Positions 9,553 through 18,495 of a stretch of DNA of 64,000 nucleotides are shown one piece after another. The notes below the pieces were generated by a model. It was not told the origin of the DNA, did no database searches, and was given only the letters and a program-made list of their open reading frames with translations. Both the position numbers and the translations under genes were made by a program. Source of the stretch: Chloroflexota bacterium (GTDB lineage: Bacteria; Chloroflexota; Dehalococcoidia; Lucifugimonadales; Lucifugimonadaceae); the NCBI GenBank assembly GCA_002719295.1, contig PBHC01000005.1, forward strand, positions 81,597 through 145,596, given 5' to 3'. Each line of letters opens with the position of its first letter. Position 1 is the stretch's first letter.

Positions 9553-12072
9553 ATGAGGTTTTTTATGACAGAAAAATTAGAAAATTTTAGATTACCAAAA
9601 TATGCATCTCCAACAAAATATAATATTGAACTATCACCAGATTTACAAGAAAAGAAATTTTTAGGCAATGTTGATTTGTCTATAAATATTTTGGAAAAAA
9701 CAAATGAAATTTCATTAAATGTTGCTGAGTTGCAAATTAGTTCTATAAATATAAATTCAGATCAAAATAAAAATTTGAAGGTTATAAATTGGGATATAGA
9801 TGACAAATATGAAATCATGAAAATAAATTTTTCAGATATTTTAGACCCAGGAGAAATCAATTTATCTATTTCATACACAGGAATATTAAATGACAAATTA
9901 AGAGGTTTTTATCACTCTACATTTGATGATTCTGATGGAATAACACAATCAATTGCAACTACTCAATTTGAGTCTACGGATGCTCGGAGGGCCTTTCCAT
10001 GTTTTGATGAGCCTGAGTATAAATCTGTTTTTTCAGTTTCATTGATTGTAAATAAAGATCTATTTTGTGTTTCAAATGCATCGATTAAGAATGTTGATGA
10101 AAATTATACAAATGAATTAAAAAAGATTGATTTTGAAAATACTATTCCAATGTCCACTTACTTAGTTGCTTTTATTGTCGGTCCTTTTGAAGCTTCTAAG
10201 GCTATTAATGTTGCAGGAACAGATTTGAGAATTATATATCCAAAAGGAAAAGGTCACCTTTGTGATTTTGCCCTTGAATTGGGAAAATATTCTTTAGATT
10301 ATTTTTCTGATTACTATAAAATTCCATATCCTGGAGATAAGTTAGACATGATAGCTATACCAGATTTTGCTTTTGGAGCAATGGAAAATCTTGGATGTAT
10401 TACTTATAGAGAAGCTTTATTGTTAGTAGATGATAAAGAAGCAACTTCCAACGAATTAATTAGAATTGCTGATGTTATCGCTCATGAAATTGCTCATATG
10501 TGGTTTGGAGATCTTGTTACTATGAAATGGTGGAATGGAATTTGGCTTAATGAGGCATTTGCTACTTTTATGGCAACAAAGGCAGTTGCAGATTATAAAG
10601 AGGAATGGAATAGATGGGCTCAATTTTCTCTAGAAAAATCTATGGCAATGGATATAGATTCTTTGAACACTACAAGGCCTATAGAATACCCGGTTATTTC
10701 TCCTTCTGATGCTGATGGAATGTTTGATTTGATTACCTATGAAAAAGGAGGTTCTATACTTAGAATGCTTGAACAATTTTTAGGTGAAGAAATTTTTAGA
10801 GATGGTGTATCTTTATACCTTAGTAAACATTCGTACGGTAACACAGAAACAGATGATTTATGGGATTCATTAGAAAAAGTGTCTAATCAACCAGTAAAAG
10901 AAGTAATGGACTCTTGGATTTTTCAAGCAGGTCATCCGATGATTACATATTCTTATAAAGATGGAAATCTAGTTGTTTCTCAAAAAACTTTTAGATACTT
11001 GAAAACTTCTGATAAGACCAAATGGGGAGTTCCTTTGTTTATAAAATATTCTTCTGGTAGTCAAAATAAAGAAATGAAATTTCTATTAACTACTCTAGAT
11101 CAAGACATTGATTTAGGAAAAAATGTAGACAATGTTTTTCTTAATTCTAATGCTTTTGGTTTTTACAGAACTGATACTAAAGATTTAGACCTTTTATTTA
11201 ATATTAATGAGTTGTCGTCTGAAGAAAAATATTCAATTTTGGATGATTATTGGGCATTATTATTAAATGGTTCTAAAAAAGTTGATGACTTCTTAGGTTT
11301 TTCAGAACAATTTTCTGATGAATATGACCCTGATATTTTAACATTACTTTACTCATGTTTTAGTAACTTAAACAGAAATTTATCTGATAAAACGTATTTG
11401 CAAACTGTTGTAGAAAAAGTTTTTAGTAAAACATTAAAAATCCTGGATAATAAAGTCCAAAGATCTATTAGAGAAGCTCAAGCGCTTTCTGTCTGTTTTA
11501 GGGCAATGGCTACAATCAGCAATGACTCTGATATTATTAGCAAATCTAAAAATATTCTAAAAGATTACTTAAGTGGTAAATCAGAATATGAACCGGATAT
11601 TATATCCACTGTAATATCTATTAATGCTTATAATGGTGATTCAAGTTTGTTTCAAGATTATGTGAATTACATGAATAATGCAAAAACACCGCAAGATGAA
11701 GTAAGATTCCAAAGATCTTTATCTTTATTTAAGGGAGATAAGGAGATAGAAAAATTATTTAATCTTATTTTAGAAAATAAGATAAGATCACAAGATTCAC
11801 CTTATCTTTTAGCTTCTACTCTAAATAATGAAGCAGTTGGATGGAAAACTTGGAAATTTATAGAAAAAAATTGGGAAGACTTAACAAAGAGATTCCCAGA
11901 AAACTCTATAGTAAGAATGTTGTCAGGAATAAGATCTCTTAATAAAAGGGATTACTTAAACCACCTTAAAGCTTTTTTTGATGAAGGAGATAAAATAAAA
12001 CAAGGTAGACTTCAACTAGATCAACATCTTGAGAAATTGGAGATAAATGTAAACTTTAGAGAAAGTTTATAA
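9553..12072 (+). CDS. pepN: M1 family aminopeptidase with ERAP1-like C-terminal domain (start may be 9565)
   Basis: TQFESTDARRAFPCFDEP, GAMEN, HEIAHMW...LNEAFA and YEKG. Confidence 0.93.
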   Translation: MRFFMTEKLENFRLPKYASPTKYNIELSPDLQEKKFLGNVDLSINILEKTNEISLNVAELQISSININSDQNKNLKVINWDIDDKYEIMKINFSDILDPGEINLSISYTGILNDKLRGFYHSTFDDSDGITQSIATTQFESTDARRAFPCFDEPEYKSVFSVSLIVNKDLFCVSNASIKNVDENYTNELKKIDFENTIPMSTYLVAFIVGPFEASKAINVAGTDLRIIYPKGKGHLCDFALELGKYSLDYFSDYYKIPYPGDKLDMIAIPDFAFGAMENLGCITYREALLLVDDKEATSNELIRIADVIAHEIAHMWFGDLVTMKWWNGIWLNEAFATFMATKAVADYKEEWNRWAQFSLEKSMAMDIDSLNTTRPIEYPVISPSDADGMFDLITYEKGGSILRMLEQFLGEEIFRDGVSLYLSKHSYGNTETDDLWDSLEKVSNQPVKEVMDSWIFQAGHPMITYSYKDGNLVVSQKTFRYLKTSDKTKWGVPLFIKYSSGSQNKEMKFLLTTLDQDIDLGKNVDNVFLNSNAFGFYRTDTKDLDLLFNINELSSEEKYSILDDYWALLLNGSKKVDDFLGFSEQFSDEYDPDILTLLYSCFSNLNRNLSDKTYLQTVVEKVFSKTLKILDNKVQRSIREAQALSVCFRAMATISNDSDIISKSKNILKDYLSGKSEYEPDIISTVISINAYNGDSSLFQDYVNYMNNAKTPQDEVRFQRSLSLFKGDKEIEKLFNLILENKIRSQDSPYLLASTLNNEAVGWKTWKFIEKNWEDLTKRFPENSIVRMLSGIRSLNKRDYLNHLKAFFDEGDKIKQGRLQLDQHLEKLEINVNFRESL

Positions 12073-12079
12073 TATTTAA

Positions 12080-12931
12080 TTAGTTATCCTCTAAGTCTTT
12101 AAGAAAATTTTCAATTTCAGGAGGCAGATCAATTTCTTCTTTTTCAGAAGCTTCTATCTCAAATTGTTTTATCATTTCATTAACTTGATTGTTATTTTGT
12201 AGATTTTTGTGTATTTCAATATATTGATTTTCACCTTTTTTTCTTTCGGGAAAATCTTTTGAGAATTTATATATATGAGATAAGCTTTCTAACAATCTAG
12301 ATGTAGCTAGAAAATCATCTTCTAGTTTTACATAAAGAGGGATATGTACCATTAGGGATAATGTTTCTAAAGAGAGATCATTGTGTAAAATTTGTGATAA
12401 CTGTGAAGTCATACTTGTTGGTCCTGTATAATTTGATTTGTTTTTTAATGTTTCATTTAATGGTTCAGGTGGAATCCATCCTTTATAGCTTCCAGTGACG
12501 GGTAAAGGTTTAGTATGAGGTACAGAATCAAACATTCCTCCTATAGAAATATATCTTTTACCTTGAAGATTTTTAATTAAATCAACAATAGCTAAATTAA
12601 ATTCCTCTGCAAAATTATGAGGTTCCAAAAGATATAGTAAAAAAATATTTTGATCAGATTGATTTTTACTTCCGAAAATAACAGTATTAGGAATTCTGAT
12701 TTTTCTTTCACCATTTTCATTTAATAGTTCAGGTCTATAACGAGTCATATCATAATATTTACTAGGGTTCTTAAGCTTTCCAATTTCTTCAAGATTAAAA
12801 ATTTTTACTAATCTGCTAATTGTATGGTGACCAACATTCCCAACATTTATCCAAGGCCTAAGAATACTTATAAAATGACTATTTTTATAGTTTGATATAG
12901 GTATATTTAGTTCAAATTCTTTAATATTCAA
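12080..12931 (-). CDS. PAC2 family (proteasome assembly chaperone-like) protein
   Basis: W.N.G.VG, YYDMTRYRP, EP..F.EEF, GGMFDSVPHT, Y.GPTS and H.P.Y; ends EIENFL. Confidence 0.8.
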   Translation of the reverse strand: MNIKEFELNIPISNYKNSHFISILRPWINVGNVGHHTISRLVKIFNLEEIGKLKNPSKYYDMTRYRPELLNENGERKIRIPNTVIFGSKNQSDQNIFLLYLLEPHNFAEEFNLAIVDLIKNLQGKRYISIGGMFDSVPHTKPLPVTGSYKGWIPPEPLNETLKNKSNYTGPTSMTSQLSQILHNDLSLETLSLMVHIPLYVKLEDDFLATSRLLESLSHIYKFSKDFPERKKGENQYIEIHKNLQNNNQVNEMIKQFEIEASEKEEIDLPPEIENFLKDLEDN

Positions 12932-13018
12932 TTTATTTTATTTAATTCTTTTTTTAAAAATTTTACATATTTATATAATAAAAATAAATGTATCAAAAAT
13001 AAAAAATAAAAAAAGTTA

Positions 13019-13047
13019 TTGAAATAATTTTTTGATATCACTATTAT
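13019..13047 (+). promoter_or_regulatory. Sigma70-type promoter upstream of the structured intergenic element
   Basis: TTGAAA (13019-13024), 17 nt, TATTAT (13042-13047). Confidence 0.55.
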
Positions 13048-13053
13048 TTAATT

Positions 13054-13231
13054 GTAATGCTTATGCATTATTTAAATTTAAACAAGTATGAAAGGAGGAT
13101 ATTTTAATTGGAAACGAATAATAAGCGAGGTGCTCTTAACTGAAGGCGCCAAGAGGGTTAAGATACCTCCACTAAGAGTGAAATTATCCGGTAAGGTTTC
13201 TCCTTACCCGATAATTTCACTCTTAGTATTT
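13054..13231 (+). ncRNA. Candidate structured RNA or leader with micro-ORF (unassigned family)
   Basis: More GC-rich than its flanks. GGAGGATATTTTAATT and GAGGTGCTCTTAAC can both pair with GGTTAAGATACCTCC; long hairpin at 13171-13227. Confidence 0.55.
13171..13227. repeat. Long inverted repeat: 18 bp + 7 bp stem, C-C mismatch, 5-nt loop
   Basis: ACTAAGAGTGAAATTATC-C-GGTAAGG-TTTCT-CCTTACC-C-GATAATTTCACTCTTAGT. Confidence 0.95.
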
Positions 13232-13248
13232 AAAAAGAGATAAAAAAA

Positions 13249-13731
13249 ATGATTAGACATTTTACTTCTACTGTTTTTGTAGTATTTGAAAATAAAATAG
13301 CTTTGCATTGGCATGAAAAGGTCAACATGTGGTTACCTCCAGGTGGACATGTTGACAATAATGAAGATCCCATTCAAACAGCAATTCGTGAGTGTAAAGA
13401 AGAAATGGGAATTGATATATCTATATTTTCTGATAGCTCTTATAAATTTACTGATGATAATTTGAAAAATATTTATCCACCAGAAACGATACTTATAGAA
13501 AACGTAAATGATAATAAAACAGGACCACATCAGCATATCGATTTTATTTATTTTGGTTATCCTAACTATTCTAAGTTCGATTTAAATTCTGAATGGATTT
13601 GGGTAAATAAAAAAGATTTAATTAATGAAGTTGAATTTAAGAATCCATACTCGAAATATTTTCCACCACCTAATGATGTTAAAATTTTAGGTATTGAGGC
13701 GTTACTTAAATTAAAAAATCTGAACAAATAG
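13249..13731 (+). CDS. NUDIX hydrolase
   Basis: Nudix box GGHVDNNEDPIQTAIRECKEEMG; HFT.T and H.H.D. Confidence 0.92.
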   Translation: MIRHFTSTVFVVFENKIALHWHEKVNMWLPPGGHVDNNEDPIQTAIRECKEEMGIDISIFSDSSYKFTDDNLKNIYPPETILIENVNDNKTGPHQHIDFIYFGYPNYSKFDLNSEWIWVNKKDLINEVEFKNPYSKYFPPPNDVKILGIEALLKLKNLNK

Positions 13732-13764
13732 TTATTACTTGCTCAGATTTTTTAATTTATTGTT

Positions 13765-14673
13765 CTAGTGTTTTTTTATTTCAACATCAGCTAATTCTTC
13801 AACATGTTTTGCTATAGCTGAGTGATCGCTTTTTCCTTCACCTTTTGTTACCAAACTTGTTAGAACTTGTTGTAAGTTTGCAGTAACTTGCAATGGTATA
13901 TTTAAATCTCGTGCAGCTTCCATTGCATTATTAATGTCTTTATAGTGTAATTCAATTCTGAAACCAGGTTCAAAATTCCTGTCTACCATCATAGGAGCTT
14001 TTGCATTTATAACGTTTGATCCTGCTAAGCCTCCCTGAATAGCTTTATAAACTGTTTCAGGGTTAACTCCAGCTTTTGCAGCAAGTGCTAATGCTTCTGC
14101 TAGTGCATGAATATTTGCACCAACGCATATTTGGTTAGCCAATTTTGTTATTTGGCCAGCACCGTGTTCTCCACATAGTATTGCTGATTTTCCTAATATG
14201 TCAAATAATGGTTTAGCCTGCTCAAAATCATCAGCAGCTCCTCCTACCATTATTGCTAAATCACCAGATATCGCAAAAGGTTCTCCCCCAGAAACAGGTG
14301 CATCTAAAAAGTTGATACCTTTTTCTGAACAGCCTTTTCCAATTCTTTGTGAAACACCAGGAGCAATAGAGCTCATATCAACAACTAAATGTCCTTTAGA
14401 TGCTCCATCTGCAACGCCACCCTCTCCTAAAATTGCTGACTCTGCTTGAGGTCCATCTTGAACCATAGTTACTGTTATGTTTGCATTTGAAGATGCTTCA
14501 GCTGCAGACTTACATCCAGTTGCACCTTCTTTCTCTAATTCAGAAACAGGGTCTGGAAATAAGTCGTAAACGTAAAGTTCATATCCTGCTTCCATAAGGT
14601 TTTTTGCCATAGGTTTTCCCATGATTCCTAAACCTACAAATGCTATTTTTTCTGCCATAATTTTTCCCTTCAA
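13765..14673 (-). CDS. garR: 2-hydroxy-3-oxopropionate (tartronate semialdehyde) reductase / beta-hydroxyacid dehydrogenase (likely start 14658)
   Basis: FVGLGIMGKPMA, DAPVSGGE, GQITKLANQ and PGFRIELHYKD. Confidence 0.85.
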   Translation of the reverse strand: MKGKIMAEKIAFVGLGIMGKPMAKNLMEAGYELYVYDLFPDPVSELEKEGATGCKSAAEASSNANITVTMVQDGPQAESAILGEGGVADGASKGHLVVDMSSIAPGVSQRIGKGCSEKGINFLDAPVSGGEPFAISGDLAIMVGGAADDFEQAKPLFDILGKSAILCGEHGAGQITKLANQICVGANIHALAEALALAAKAGVNPETVYKAIQGGLAGSNVINAKAPMMVDRNFEPGFRIELHYKDINNAMEAARDLNIPLQVTANLQQVLTSLVTKGEGKSDHSAIAKHVEELADVEIKKH

Positions 14674-14717
14674 AATTTTTGTAAATATAATTTTCTATAT
14701 TATAAGAATTAACAAAT

Positions 14718-15452
14718 TTAATCTTTCCAAAATCTTTCTTCTAAGAATGTGTACTCTGTATCTTCTAATCTTTCGTTAACATCTTCAATCATTCCTGGAT
14801 GTCCACATGCGTAAACTATAGTATCTTTTGGATTTAATCCCCAAGCCTTTAGTCTATCCTCAAGAATATTGTTAACTCTTCCTTCAAAACCATTCCAGTT
14901 ATTATTTCTATCCTCACCAGGACGGCTAATTGAAGTTTCAAATACCACGTTTTCATTTTTTGCAAACTCGTTTAGCTCTTCATCATATCCGAACTCATCT
15001 AAATAAGAAGCTCCTTCTAAAACAAAGAAGTTACAATTTGAAAATTCTTCTTCAGTTAGGTGTTTTCTAAGCATACTTACATAAGGAGCTATTCCAGTAA
15101 CTGTACCAACCATTACATGATTCTTGAATCCTGGTTTAATTACAAAGATTCCTTTTGCTCTTAGTCTCATGGTTACAGATTCACCTACTTTAAGGTCATT
15201 TAATAGTGGAGTTAGATTACCATCAGGTGGCGGTACTAGTTCAATAAAAAGCTCTATTTGATCTTCATCAGGAGATGATGCTATTGAATATGCTCTTTCT
15301 ATTCCACCTGATCCAATAGTACAATATTGACCAGGTTTGTAATCAAATTTATTCTCTGGTTTGAGCCACATTTTCCATAAATCTTCTGTTAGTTGTTCTT
15401 TTTTCGTTATTTTGGCCCACTGAAATTTACCTTTTACAACATCTAGAGTCAT
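14718..15452 (-). CDS. fpr: Ferredoxin/flavodoxin-NADP+ reductase
   Basis: PGQY, RAYSIAS, G.LTP.L, TGIAPYVSML, CGHPGMI and C-terminal ERFW. Confidence 0.88.
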   Translation of the reverse strand: MTLDVVKGKFQWAKITKKEQLTEDLWKMWLKPENKFDYKPGQYCTIGSGGIERAYSIASSPDEDQIELFIELVPPPDGNLTPLLNDLKVGESVTMRLRAKGIFVIKPGFKNHVMVGTVTGIAPYVSMLRKHLTEEEFSNCNFFVLEGASYLDEFGYDEELNEFAKNENVVFETSISRPGEDRNNNWNGFEGRVNNILEDRLKAWGLNPKDTIVYACGHPGMIEDVNERLEDTEYTFLEERFWKD

Positions 15453-15648
15453 TTAATTGACCTCCCAATTTTTATTTTTTAAACGTTAGTATTATAGACT
15501 TTTAATTTCAGAATCAATAGGATTAAAGCACTTAAAATTTATCATCATAAAAGTAATTACTAAATTGTATTTTTTTACAAATTCAAAGAGATAATATAAA
15601 TCACTATTGAATAATAAATTATTATTGCTATCATTTATTTGATCTAAA

Positions 15649-15680
15649 TTCTTTAAGAAGGTTCAGAGAGGCCTCAAGGA
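15649..15680 (+). promoter_or_regulatory. PyrR-binding RNA loop overlapping the pyrR ribosome-binding site
   Basis: TTCTTTAAG...GGTTCAGAGAGGCC...AAGGA matches the UCUUUAA / AGUCCAGAGAGGCU PyrR consensus. Confidence 0.8.
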
Positions 15681-15687
15681 TAAATAA

Positions 15688-16239
15688 TTGAAATCATTTG
15701 AAAATTATAAAACGCTCTTAGATGAAGATGATATCAGACGAGCAGTAGCACGTTTGTCACACGAAATTATAGAGTCAAATCAGGGCACGAATAACCTAAT
15801 TTTAATTGGTATAGAAACAAGAGGGCATCATATAGCATCAAGAATTGTTAATATGATTAATACTTTTGAAAATGCTACCCTTAATTGTTACTCAATTAAT
15901 CCTCAGTTTTTTAGAGATGATATCAAAAACAAAAATCAGAAACCTAAAATAGATTTAAGAGTTGATGTTCATGAGAAAAATCTAATATTGATTGATGATG
16001 TTTTATATACTGGCAGAACTATAAGAGCAACATTAGAAGCAATTTTTAAGCTTGGAAGACCTAATAGTATAAAACTTGCAGCCCTTGTAGACAGAGGTCA
16101 TAGAGAAATTCCTATAAGACCAGATTTTATTGGTAAAAGTATTCCAACTGCAAATTCTGAACACGTAAAAGTTTTTATGAAAGAAGAAGATGGTATAGAT
16201 AAAGTAGGTTTATCAAAGGAGCAAATCGCCAATATATGA
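15688..16239 (+). CDS. pyrR: Pyrimidine operon regulator / uracil phosphoribosyltransferase
   Basis: RLSHEIIE, LIDDVLYTGRTIRA and DRGHREIPIRPDFIGK; TTG start. Confidence 0.96.
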   Translation: MKSFENYKTLLDEDDIRRAVARLSHEIIESNQGTNNLILIGIETRGHHIASRIVNMINTFENATLNCYSINPQFFRDDIKNKNQKPKIDLRVDVHEKNLILIDDVLYTGRTIRATLEAIFKLGRPNSIKLAALVDRGHREIPIRPDFIGKSIPTANSEHVKVFMKEEDGIDKVGLSKEQIANI

Positions 16240-17171
16240 ACTACCTAGCAAAACATTTATTAGACATAGATCATCTTTCAAAAGATTATATCTATGATTT
16301 ACTTATAGGTGCAAAGAATATCAAAAATAACAAAAACAATTCTGACTTTAACTTTAAAGGTAAAGATGTCTGTGCACTATTTTATGAGGATTCTACAAGA
16401 ACAAAACTAAGTTTTCAAAAAGCAGCTAGTAATCTTAATCTAAATTTTCATAATCTTGATGTTCAAAAGTCCAGTTTAAATAAAGGAGAGTCTTTTTATA
16501 ACACAATAAAAACAATTAATAGTATTGGTATGGATTTAATTATCATTAGGCATTTTTCATCTGGAGCTGCTTACTTTTTAGCAAAAAATACAAATTCGTC
16601 AGTTATAAATGCTGGAGATGGCTCACATGCCCATCCTACTCAAGCACTTTCTGATTTATTAACTATTTATGAATTAGAGAACAACTTTGAAGATTTAGAA
16701 ATTTCAATTATTGGAGATGTTTTATACAGTCGTGTTGCTAGGTCAAATGTTTTAGGTTTGCTTAAAATGGGGGCAAAAATAAATATTCTTGGACCAAAAG
16801 AATTAACTCCTAAGGTCATTATAGAAATATATGAATCGATTGATAAATCCTACAATAATAAAATTAAATTTTATGAAGATTTTGAAAAACCAATATTAAA
16901 TTCAAATTTTATTATGGCTTTACGTATTCAAAAAGAAAGATTTGATTCTGAAAATTTTATGAATTTTCATGCATATAAATGGAAAATTGATACTGAAAAA
17001 TTAGAATCTTTTAAAAATAATGTTTTTGTAATGCACCCAGGGCCAGTAAATGAAGAAATTGAATTGTCACACGAAATTGTACACTCTGAACGTTCTCTAA
17101 TATCTAAACAAGTAGAAAATGGAGTCCACATAAGACAAAAAGTTATAGAGGAGTTGTTAGAAAATGAATAA
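16236..17171 (+). CDS. pyrB: Aspartate carbamoyltransferase catalytic subunit
   Basis: FYEDSTRT.LSF, NAGDG.HAHPTQAL.D, SRVARSN and MHPGP. Confidence 0.96.
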   Translation: MNYLAKHLLDIDHLSKDYIYDLLIGAKNIKNNKNNSDFNFKGKDVCALFYEDSTRTKLSFQKAASNLNLNFHNLDVQKSSLNKGESFYNTIKTINSIGMDLIIIRHFSSGAAYFLAKNTNSSVINAGDGSHAHPTQALSDLLTIYELENNFEDLEISIIGDVLYSRVARSNVLGLLKMGAKINILGPKELTPKVIIEIYESIDKSYNNKIKFYEDFEKPILNSNFIMALRIQKERFDSENFMNFHAYKWKIDTEKLESFKNNVFVMHPGPVNEEIELSHEIVHSERSLISKQVENGVHIRQKVIEELLENE

Positions 17172-18495
17172 ACTTTTATTAAAAAATTTTACTATCATTG
17201 ATCCTTCTGAAAATTTTAAAAATGTAAAAGATTTATTAATTGTTGAAGGGAAAATTAAAGAGATCTCTGAATCAATTGATTTATCTGATATCAAAATTAT
17301 TGAAGGAAATAACAATTATCTCATCCCTGGTCTTATAGATTTACATGTGCATTATAGAGATCCAGGGGAGACTTATAAGGAAGATATAAAAACAGGTTCA
17401 TATGCATCTGCCAAAGGTGGATTTACTACTGTAGTTATGATGTCAAACACAAACCCAACAATTGACAATTTAAATTCTTTGATAGAACAAAAAAAACTAA
17501 TTGATCAATATTCTAAAATAAGAGTTCTTCAAACATCCTCGGTAACAGTTGGTAGAAAAGGAAAAGAGATAGTTGATATGGATCTTCTTTCTCAAAACGG
17601 TGTTGTTTCCTTTAGTGACGACGGAGATGTTATATCAGACCCAAATATTCTAAATCAAGCTTTGAAGCTTGCTAATAAAAATAATAGAACCATTTTTGAA
17701 CATTGCGAAGACCATGAACTAATCAATGATGGGATTATAAACGATGGAAGTGTTTCAGTTAGATTAGGAATTAAGCCTAGGTCAAAAGAAGCTGAAATAA
17801 GTAGTGTTAAAAGAGATATTGAAATTGCTAAAGAAAATGATTTATGGATTTATTTACAGCATATTTCATGTAAAGAGAGTATTGAACTAATTAGAATAGC
17901 TAAAAATGAAGGAGTAAAAGTCACAGCAGAAGTAACACCACATCATCTGTTTATGAATGAATTTTGGACTTATGGAAAAAAAGGAGACGTGCCTTCTTGG
18001 ATTGACTTAAAATCCTATGACACAAATACAAGAGTCAATCCTCCACTTAGATCTGAACTAGATAGAAAAAGTTTACTTGATGCCATTATGGATGAAACCA
18101 TCGATATCATTGCAACAGACCATGCACCTCATAGTAAGGGGGATAAGTTAGATACTTTTGATAATGCCCCAGCAGGAATAAATGGCGCCGAAACAGCTCT
18201 AATTACTTTAATGGAATTAGTTGATAGAAAAGAAATAAGTTTTGAAAAGATAGTACAAACTATGTGTAATAAACCTGGAGAAATACTAGATAATATTTTG
18301 AACTTAAAAATAGGAAAAATAAAGAAAAATTACTTAGCAGATCTAGTAATTATAGATAATAATTCCATTACAAAAATTGATGAAGACTTTTTTGTTTCTA
18401 AAAGTAAAAATTCTCCTTTATTAGGATCTGAAATGAAAGGAAAAATAAGAATGACTATTTTTGATGGAAATGTGATATATGAGGACCAGAAATGA
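17164..18495 (+). CDS. pyrC: Dihydroorotase
   Basis: DLHVHYRDPG, EVTPHHL, VNPPLR and ATDHAPH. Confidence 0.95.
   Translation: MNKLLLKNFTIIDPSENFKNVKDLLIVEGKIKEISESIDLSDIKIIEGNNNYLIPGLIDLHVHYRDPGETYKEDIKTGSYASAKGGFTTVVMMSNTNPTIDNLNSLIEQKKLIDQYSKIRVLQTSSVTVGRKGKEIVDMDLLSQNGVVSFSDDGDVISDPNILNQALKLANKNNRTIFEHCEDHELINDGIINDGSVSVRLGIKPRSKEAEISSVKRDIEIAKENDLWIYLQHISCKESIELIRIAKNEGVKVTAEVTPHHLFMNEFWTYGKKGDVPSWIDLKSYDTNTRVNPPLRSELDRKSLLDAIMDETIDIIATDHAPHSKGDKLDTFDNAPAGINGAETALITLMELVDRKEISFEKIVQTMCNKPGEILDNILNLKIGKIKKNYLADLVIIDNNSITKIDEDFFVSKSKNSPLLGSEMKGKIRMTIFDGNVIYEDQK

Noticed and set aside
13108..13155. Possible hammerhead ribozyme (GAAAC ... CTGAAGG)
   Set aside because: The core needs CUGANGA and stems I-III around GAAA/UH. 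The sequence is CUGAAGG and the required stems could not be built.
13054..13231. Assignment of the structured element as 6S, SRP, tmRNA, or a SAM/lysine/FMN/Moco riboswitch
   Set aside because: Only isolated short words match (GGTGC, AAGAG, GTGAAATT, GGAAAC), not in the required order or structure.
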